A stretch of DNA of 64,000 nt from the NCBI GenBank assembly GCA_965207065.1, contig OZ242260.1:1536001-1600000 (forward strand), in the 5' to 3' direction. A model generated the notes under the pieces. That model saw only the letters and a list, made by a program, of their open reading frames with translations. It ran no database searches and was not told where the DNA came from. The translations under genes and the position numbers were made by a program. The stretch is from a bacterium (lineage in GTDB: Bacteria; UBA8248). Below, piece by piece: positions 58,197-64,000 of the stretch (positions within the stretch are counted from its first letter, which is position 1; each line of letters opens with the position of its first letter).

Positions 58197-58706
58197 GCTC
58201 TCGGGAAATCTGATATCAACCCCCTCAAAAAACCACCCTTGCCTCTCTTGCGGGATGCCCCTGCAATATCCCCCATATTTTCATCGCTCCGGCGGGTGCG
58301 CTTCGCTGGTTTCGGGTCTCGCCTCACCGCTTGGATATTTTAGGATTTTCATAATATTCACCTGTGAGAAAGCAGTTACTCCTCGGAAAATCTTTCACCG
58401 GCCACGCCCTCGCGAGAGGGTTGTTTTTGCTGGAAATAACGCTATATGGAGGATTCCGGCGAAACGCCCCGTTTTTTTATGTTTTGCTTTTTGTTACGGA
58501 AAGGTTACAATACCGGACATATTTGAGAACGTATTTATATATGCGCCAATAAAAATTTCGCCCTGTGGATGTTCGAAGTTTCCGTCAAGAGGGAGGAATC
58601 TTTATTAGAGGATGCTCAATGTTTGCGGCGCGGGATGCGGCTCGGGTCTCGCGTTCAAGATGTACGGCATAATTGGGTTGGTTCCTTTCAATAAGGAGGC
58701 GCTTGT

Positions 58707-60680
58707 ATGAATGCGAAGATCTTCTGGCTATTCGCCTTCGTCGTGCTCTATTGGGCCTACTGCATTTTCTGGGGCATCAAGTGCGCGAGGATGGCGAGAA
58801 CGGCCGGCGACTATTTCATTGCGGGTCGCCAGCTATCCATGTGGGTGTTCGTCCTGGCGGCGACGGCGACGTCGTTTTCGGGGTGGACGTTCATGGGTCA
58901 CCCGGGACTGGTCTATCGAGACGGGTTCCAGTACGCCTACGCATCCTTCTACACCATCACCATTCCCTTTACCGGGGTGATATTCCTGAAGCGCCAGTGG
59001 ATGCTGGGCAAACGCTACGGATACGTCACGCCCGGGGAAATGTTCGCCGACTACTTCCAGGGCGACGCCATCCGCATCCTCACGGTCATCGTGGCGCTGC
59101 TGTTCTCGATTCCCTACCTCGGTGTTCAGCTCGGGGCCTCGGGCTTCTTGTTCAACGTGCTGACCGATGGTGCTTTCAGCGTTAACGTGGGTATGTGGCT
59201 GCTCTCGGCGGTCGTGCTCATCTACGTGGCAGCCGGGGGTCTGCGCGCCGTTGCCTACGTGGATACGCTCCAGTGCATTCTCCTCGCGCTGGGTATCATC
59301 ATCACCGGCTTCATCGCGCTCAGCATCGCAGGCGGATGGGGCGCGCTGAACGAAGGCCTCGCCAAGCTGGCGGCCTCCCCGGTGGGCAAGTGGGGGACGA
59401 CGAAAGGATACGGCGGCGGCGACTACAACGCCTACTTCGCCATTCCGGGCGTCATCCAGTTCACGGCCGGCCTGGGCAAGCAGACGCCCGTGGGCGGTCT
59501 GTGGACGGGCATCATGTGCCTGACCTACATGTTCGCGCTGATGGGGATTCAGTCTTCCCCGGCGTTCTCCATGTGGGCGTTCTCGAACAACAACCCGCGC
59601 CCCTTCGCGCCCCAGCAGGTCTGGGCGTCTTCTGCGGGCATCGGGTTCATCCTGTTCTTCTTCACCGCGTTCCAGGGTATGGGCGCGCACCTTCTCGGCG
59701 CGAACCCGGCGGTGACCAAAGCGGGACTTGCGCTATCGGACGTGCTAGCCGCGTCCATTGCGAAAAAGCCCGACTCGCTGGTGCCGTACTATTTCAACTA
59801 CATTGCGGACGCGGCGCCATGGCTGGTCGGACTTCTCGCGGTCTGTGCGCTGGCCGCCATGCAGTCCACGGGGGCGGCGTACATGTCCACGGCGGGCGGC
59901 ATGCTCACCCGCGACCTCTACAAGAGGTACCTGAACCCCGGCGCCTCGCATGAAACCCAGAAGGTGGCGGGCCGGATCGGCGTTTTGATCATCGTGGTCT
60001 CGGCGCTCCTTGTGGCGACGTTCTCAAGAGACGCGCTGGTGTTGCTTGGAGGACTCGCCGTCGCCTTCGGCTTCCAGATGTGGCCGCCGCTGGTGGCGGT
60101 GTGCTGGTACCCGAAGATAACGAGGCAAGGCGCCACGTGGGGTCTGGCGGCGGGTCTTTTGGCCGTCATCTTCACGGAGAACTTCGGCCTCACGATTCTC
60201 AAGGGAATCGGCATCGACATCTGGGGACGCTGGCCGTGGACGATTCACTCCGCCGGCTGGGGCATCATCTTCAACGTGGCGGTGTGCTGGATCGTCTCCG
60301 CGCAAACGCAGGACGCGGCGGCGGCGGCTCACCGGCAGAAGTACCACGACTTCCTGGCCGAGCACGCTTCGCTCTCGCCGGAGAAACAAGGCCTCGTCCC
60401 GATGGCGTGGGGCATTACGCTGGCCTGGATGTTCTTCGGCATCGGCCCGGGCGCCGTTATCGGCAACTGGATCTTCGGCGCTCCGAACGCTGGTTACGCA
60501 GGATGGACGTTCGGCATGCCCTCTATCTGGGCCTGGCAGATTCTCTTCTGGGTCCTTGGCGTGGGCATGATGTGGATGCTCGCCTACAAGATGGAGATGT
60601 CCACGGTGCCGGATACGGAAATCGAGGCGCTTGTGGAGGACATCGGCGACGTGGTCGCAGAGCAGGCGGGTTCGTCCTAG
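58707..60680 (+). CDS. Sodium:solute symporter family protein
   Basis: DYFIAGR, ATSFSGWTFMGHPG, AAMQST; many TM helices. Confidence 0.93.
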   Translation: MNAKIFWLFAFVVLYWAYCIFWGIKCARMARTAGDYFIAGRQLSMWVFVLAATATSFSGWTFMGHPGLVYRDGFQYAYASFYTITIPFTGVIFLKRQWMLGKRYGYVTPGEMFADYFQGDAIRILTVIVALLFSIPYLGVQLGASGFLFNVLTDGAFSVNVGMWLLSAVVLIYVAAGGLRAVAYVDTLQCILLALGIIITGFIALSIAGGWGALNEGLAKLAASPVGKWGTTKGYGGGDYNAYFAIPGVIQFTAGLGKQTPVGGLWTGIMCLTYMFALMGIQSSPAFSMWAFSNNNPRPFAPQQVWASSAGIGFILFFFTAFQGMGAHLLGANPAVTKAGLALSDVLAASIAKKPDSLVPYYFNYIADAAPWLVGLLAVCALAAMQSTGAAYMSTAGGMLTRDLYKRYLNPGASHETQKVAGRIGVLIIVVSALLVATFSRDALVLLGGLAVAFGFQMWPPLVAVCWYPKITRQGATWGLAAGLLAVIFTENFGLTILKGIGIDIWGRWPWTIHSAGWGIIFNVAVCWIVSAQTQDAAAAAHRQKYHDFLAEHASLSPEKQGLVPMAWGITLAWMFFGIGPGAVIGNWIFGAPNAGYAGWTFGMPSIWAWQILFWVLGVGMMWMLAYKMEMSTVPDTEIEALVEDIGDVVAEQAGSS

Positions 60681-60709
60681 ACGAGACCGTGATGTAGAAG
60701 CACCATCAT

Positions 60710-60750
60710 GCGGGGGAGGGGCGAAAGTCCCTCCCCCGTGTTGTTTCTTC
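60710..60750 (+). terminator. Terminator-like hairpin
   Basis: CGGGGGAGGG-GCGAAAGT-CCCTCCCCCG with a T-rich tail. Confidence 0.65.
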
Positions 60751-60775
60751 GCCGCCCTGATGGCTAAATAACCCC

Positions 60776-61015
60776 ATGGCTGAATTGTTCACCGCACAAT
60801 ACTCGCTGCTCTGGGTCATCGCGCTGGCCGCCGCGCTGTTTCTGCCCGTGCGTCAACTCATCTGGACGCTCTATGTCAGGCGGGCGGAAAAAGACGGGGC
60901 GGAAACCTCCGACGCTGAACGCCTCGACCTCAAAAAGCGCGCGGGTATGACGGCGTTGCTGCTTTGTTTCGTATTCTCCTACTTCTATGTGGCGCATCTT
61001 TTCCGGGGGCCATGA
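60776..61015 (+). CDS. Hypothetical two-TM protein
   Basis: LFLPVRQLIWTLYVRR; two hydrophobic segments. Confidence 0.7.
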   Translation: MAELFTAQYSLLWVIALAAALFLPVRQLIWTLYVRRAEKDGAETSDAERLDLKKRAGMTALLLCFVFSYFYVAHLFRGP

Positions 61016-61626
61016 TGAATCCGCGCGTACTCAAGCGCTTCATCAAGAACATGGCGATTCTCATTTTCGTCATGTTTTCCGCATGGGCGCTGTGGGAGAT
61101 GTATACCGACGAGAAGCCGGGGGATTACGCCACGCGCGAGGGCGATATCCGCCTGAGCGAGGGGAACTACGAGGAGGCGCTGACGAGTTTCAACCGGGCG
61201 CTTCGCGAAATGCCCAACCACCGCGGCGCGCTGATGGGCCGCGCGCTGGTGTTCATCCGGACGAAGGAATACGACAAGGCTTCGGCCGAACTCACCTACC
61301 TCATCGATTACCTCAAGAAAAACATCGAACCAGACGACGCGACGGGCGCCGGCCTCATGGCGGCGGCCTACGCCAACCGGGGCATCGTCCACGACACCAG
61401 GGGCCGCTATAAGGAAGCGCTCGCCGATTACATCGAGGCGCTCAGGACCGACCGGGGAGCGGTGGACGGGCCGGGAATCATCGACAAGGTGATCTACGGC
61501 ACGCCGAACCCGTCCTCTGTGCGCAAGCGCGCGATATACCTGAAAGAACAACTCGCCCTCCCGCCGGAAAGACGCCTGTTGCGCGTGCCGGAAATCGACG
61601 CGGAACAGCGCATGCACAAGCCCTGA
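61012..61626 (+). CDS. Membrane-anchored TPR protein
   Basis: YEEALTSFNRAL..PNHRGALMG, AYANRGIVHD..GRYKEALADY. Confidence 0.85.
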   Translation: MMNPRVLKRFIKNMAILIFVMFSAWALWEMYTDEKPGDYATREGDIRLSEGNYEEALTSFNRALREMPNHRGALMGRALVFIRTKEYDKASAELTYLIDYLKKNIEPDDATGAGLMAAAYANRGIVHDTRGRYKEALADYIEALRTDRGAVDGPGIIDKVIYGTPNPSSVRKRAIYLKEQLALPPERRLLRVPEIDAEQRMHKP

Positions 61627-61669
61627 TATTTTCCTTGAAGCGTTTTTCTGTACCCGGGGGAGTGAAGCG

Positions 61670-61870
61670 TTAGAATCGCACGATGCCGAGCACGTCCTGG
61701 AACAGGACCAGAAAGAAGAACACCGCGGCGATGCAGCCGAAGAGAAGGTGCACGAAATCCGCCCCGCCGTCGGGGTTTTTCGTGCGGATGGCCTTGATGG
61801 CGATGAAGCCCGTGACGAACAGGAAGATGAAGTTCACGGCTTGCTGGTTCTCGCCTGCGAATTCGAACAT
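61670..61870 (-). CDS. Small membrane protein
   Basis: Two TM segments; DFVHLLFGCIAA. Confidence 0.65.
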   Translation of the reverse strand: MFEFAGENQQAVNFIFLFVTGFIAIKAIRTKNPDGGADFVHLLFGCIAAVFFFLVLFQDVLGIVRF

Positions 61871-61900
61871 GAGGGATCCTGCCGTTAAAGTTTTTACACC

Positions 61901-62416
61901 CTATCTGGTGTAGCGTCCCGGCGCCAGGGAAGTCTCTTCGATTTTGCGCTCCTTGGCCATGGCCTTCATCTCTTTTTTCTCGAAATATGGCGGCAGGAAA
62001 GAAGTGCTCTCCCCGGCGACGAGGTGACTCAGCCAGACGATGCCGGTCATGACCGACACCATGAGGGTGGCGGTCACGATGAAGCGCTTGATGTCTGCGG
62101 GGATTTTTTTGCCGTAATCCTTGTCATACCTGTGATAGGCGGGGTCGTTTTCATCCAGATCACCCTGTTTGTCCAGGGCCAGTATCTGGTGCGCATGGCG
62201 GCGCGCCCAGAAGGGCACCTGATCGTAGAGCATGTAGGCCATGAAGAGTTGATTGATGAGTTCTTCGGACATCTCCTCGCCGTACCATTCGCTGTAGGCG
62301 AGTTGCAGAAACTGGAACTCCCCCACCTGGAGCAGGTTCGCCGCTTTGGCGACTTCGGCGCGCTGGGCGCTTTCCTCCCTGTCAGGGCGGATGAGCGTCT
62401 GGAAGAAAGTCACCAT
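61901..62416 (-). CDS. Hypothetical protein
   Basis: GAGG RBS; AANLLQVGEFQFLQLAYSEW, VPFWAR, one TM segment. Confidence 0.7.
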   Translation of the reverse strand: MVTFFQTLIRPDREESAQRAEVAKAANLLQVGEFQFLQLAYSEWYGEEMSEELINQLFMAYMLYDQVPFWARRHAHQILALDKQGDLDENDPAYHRYDKDYGKKIPADIKRFIVTATLMVSVMTGIVWLSHLVAGESTSFLPPYFEKKEMKAMAKERKIEETSLAPGRYTR

Positions 62417-62779
62417 GGCGACCTCTCGAGAAATAGCCTTTCCCGGCGGCATTTTCGTTGAAGACCGAAGGAACACTCCCACACTAAGCCCTTTGCCGGT
62501 CTGCGTCAATTTTGAGTCTGGAGGGACATTTTCTCACGGGCGAAACTAGACGGACAACCTCACCCCCGCTCTCTTTTTTATGTGATGTCCGTCCAAGTAC
62601 TCATTCCGAAGGGAGCGATACGTCACCAGAAATTCGTATTTTTCGGGTCCCGTGGATATTGTGCTATCATTTTCCCATCACCGCGTGAAACTGATTTACA
62701 GAAACTTGTTTTTTGTCCAGGCGCTTTTCTCCCGACAGAGGGAAGGAGTTGTCTTCTTTATTCCCAAGGAGGTATTTCG

Positions 62780-63748
62780 ATGAAACGGGCTTATCTGAGT
62801 ATCGTCGTCGCGGTTTCGGCCGTATTCGTTTTCACCGCCGCCGCGTCGGCGCAGTCGGTCACCATTCTGGGCGGCGGCCTCAAGGGCCAGCCCTATCAGT
62901 TCGCCGTGGGGCTGAGCAAGATCCTCAAGTCCAAGGCGGGCGTCAGCGCCACGCCGCAATCGGCCAAGGGCATGGTGGCGCAGGCGCGCATCATCGCCAA
63001 GGGCCAGGCGCAGTTTGCGTGGGGCCTCGGCGGCCCGGTGGGCGCATGGGCCTACAAGGGGGAGAGGCGCTTCAAGAAGGAAGGCCCCAAGAAGAACCTG
63101 CGCGCCGTCCTGGCGTATCCCTTCGGGCAGTTCCAGTGGCTGGCCCTGGCGGATTCGGGCGTCATGAATCTCAAGGACGTGAAGGGAAAGAAGGTATCGG
63201 TGGGCTCGGCCGCCAGCACCACGCAGACGTATGCGCGCTACTTCCTACCCGCGCACGGTCTCAAGAAGGGCCAGTATAATGAAAGCACGCCCGGTTTCCG
63301 GGGCGGATTCGGCCAGTTGAGAAACGGCAACGTCGCGGCCCACCTCACGATGGGAATGGCGCCGATGGGCCTCGTGCAGGAGTTGGCGGCGCTCAAGAAA
63401 ATCCGCCTGGTGGACATGGACGAGGCGGCTGTGAAGCACGTGGTCGCCACCTACGGCCCCGGCCTCACGGCGACCACCATCGCGCCGGGCACCTATGGCA
63501 AAAACCAGGTGAACAAAAAGCCGATCCGCACCATCTTCATCAACTTCGGGTTTTCCACCAGCACTCACGTGAGCGCCGACACCGTGTACAAGGTGACGAA
63601 AACCCTGTTCGGCAACCTCAAGGAATTCTACGGCACGGCCAAGGCGGCGAAGAACGTCACGCTCGCGGGGGCATGTCAGGGTCTTTCATTCCCGCTGCAC
63701 GACGGCGCCAAGCGCTACTACAAGGAAGTGGGCGCCAAGGGCTGCTAG
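62780..63748 (+). CDS. TAXI family TRAP transporter solute receptor
   Basis: AAGGAGG RBS; signal peptide, GKKVSVG, IAPGTY, PLHDGAKRYYKE. Confidence 0.92.
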   Translation: MKRAYLSIVVAVSAVFVFTAAASAQSVTILGGGLKGQPYQFAVGLSKILKSKAGVSATPQSAKGMVAQARIIAKGQAQFAWGLGGPVGAWAYKGERRFKKEGPKKNLRAVLAYPFGQFQWLALADSGVMNLKDVKGKKVSVGSAASTTQTYARYFLPAHGLKKGQYNESTPGFRGGFGQLRNGNVAAHLTMGMAPMGLVQELAALKKIRLVDMDEAAVKHVVATYGPGLTATTIAPGTYGKNQVNKKPIRTIFINFGFSTSTHVSADTVYKVTKTLFGNLKEFYGTAKAAKNVTLAGACQGLSFPLHDGAKRYYKEVGAKGC

Positions 63749-63839
63749 CGCGTCCTGAAAATCAGGAAATCCCCCCTGTGGATGTGAAAATCCACGGGGG
63801 GGAGGATTCTTCGCCTCATTTTCTAAGGTGTGAACCGCA

Positions 63840-64000
63840 TTGGACGCCTACCGAAGGCTCAACGCCAGAATCGTAACGGCGCTCGCGCTGGGTTTTTCCC
63901 TGTTCGAACTCTATACCGTCGGCTTCGGGATTCTCTCCCCCTTCGCGCAGCGCGCGACCATGCTTACCTTCGCGAGTGTGCTGGTCTTCCTCACGAGGCC
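63840..64000 (+). CDS. TRAP 4TM/12TM fused permease (partial)
   Basis: LDAYRRLNARIVTALALGFSLFELYTVGFG...QRATMLTFASVLVFLTR directly after the TAXI receptor. Confidence 0.75.
   Translation, partial: MDAYRRLNARIVTALALGFSLFELYTVGFGILSPFAQRATMLTFASVLVFLTR

Overview
High-GC bacterial DNA in two parts. (1) Positions 1 to ~22 kb are a decaying accessory island, bounded on the right by two tandem tyrosine integrases next to rarA. At its left end is an apparent operon: a single-chain squalene epoxidase-oxidosqualene cyclase (SE-OSC) fusion, followed by a gene missing from the ORF track. That gene has a GOLPH3/GPP34-like domain, seems to continue into a cytochrome P450 and runs off the window edge. Together they are a candidate sterol/triterpenoid pathway. 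The island also holds a broken Calx-beta adhesin gene with a (GTTCG)15 microsatellite, an S8-protease-like lipoprotein, several pseudogenes and a TonB-dependent receptor. It further contains a conjugative leading-region block (ssb, DUF2493, DUF4326, a small acidic ORF) with a large hairpin shaped like an Frpo-type single-stranded-DNA promoter. (2) Positions ~22-64 kb are mostly core genome: rarA, pyrF, udg, coaBC, gmk, yicC, NFACT/RqcH, hemW, a sigma54 activator, tctCAB, cbtA, a rimK-like ligase, proA, an aa3-type cytochrome c oxidase cluster, tRNA-Arg(ACG), an SSS symporter and a TAXI-TRAP transporter. This part is interrupted by an AT-rich three-gene islet, a duplicated sigma54-promoter/small-protein unit and many REP/MITE-like palindromes. 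No CRISPR array or rRNA was seen. All calls come from reading motifs by eye; no database searches were run.
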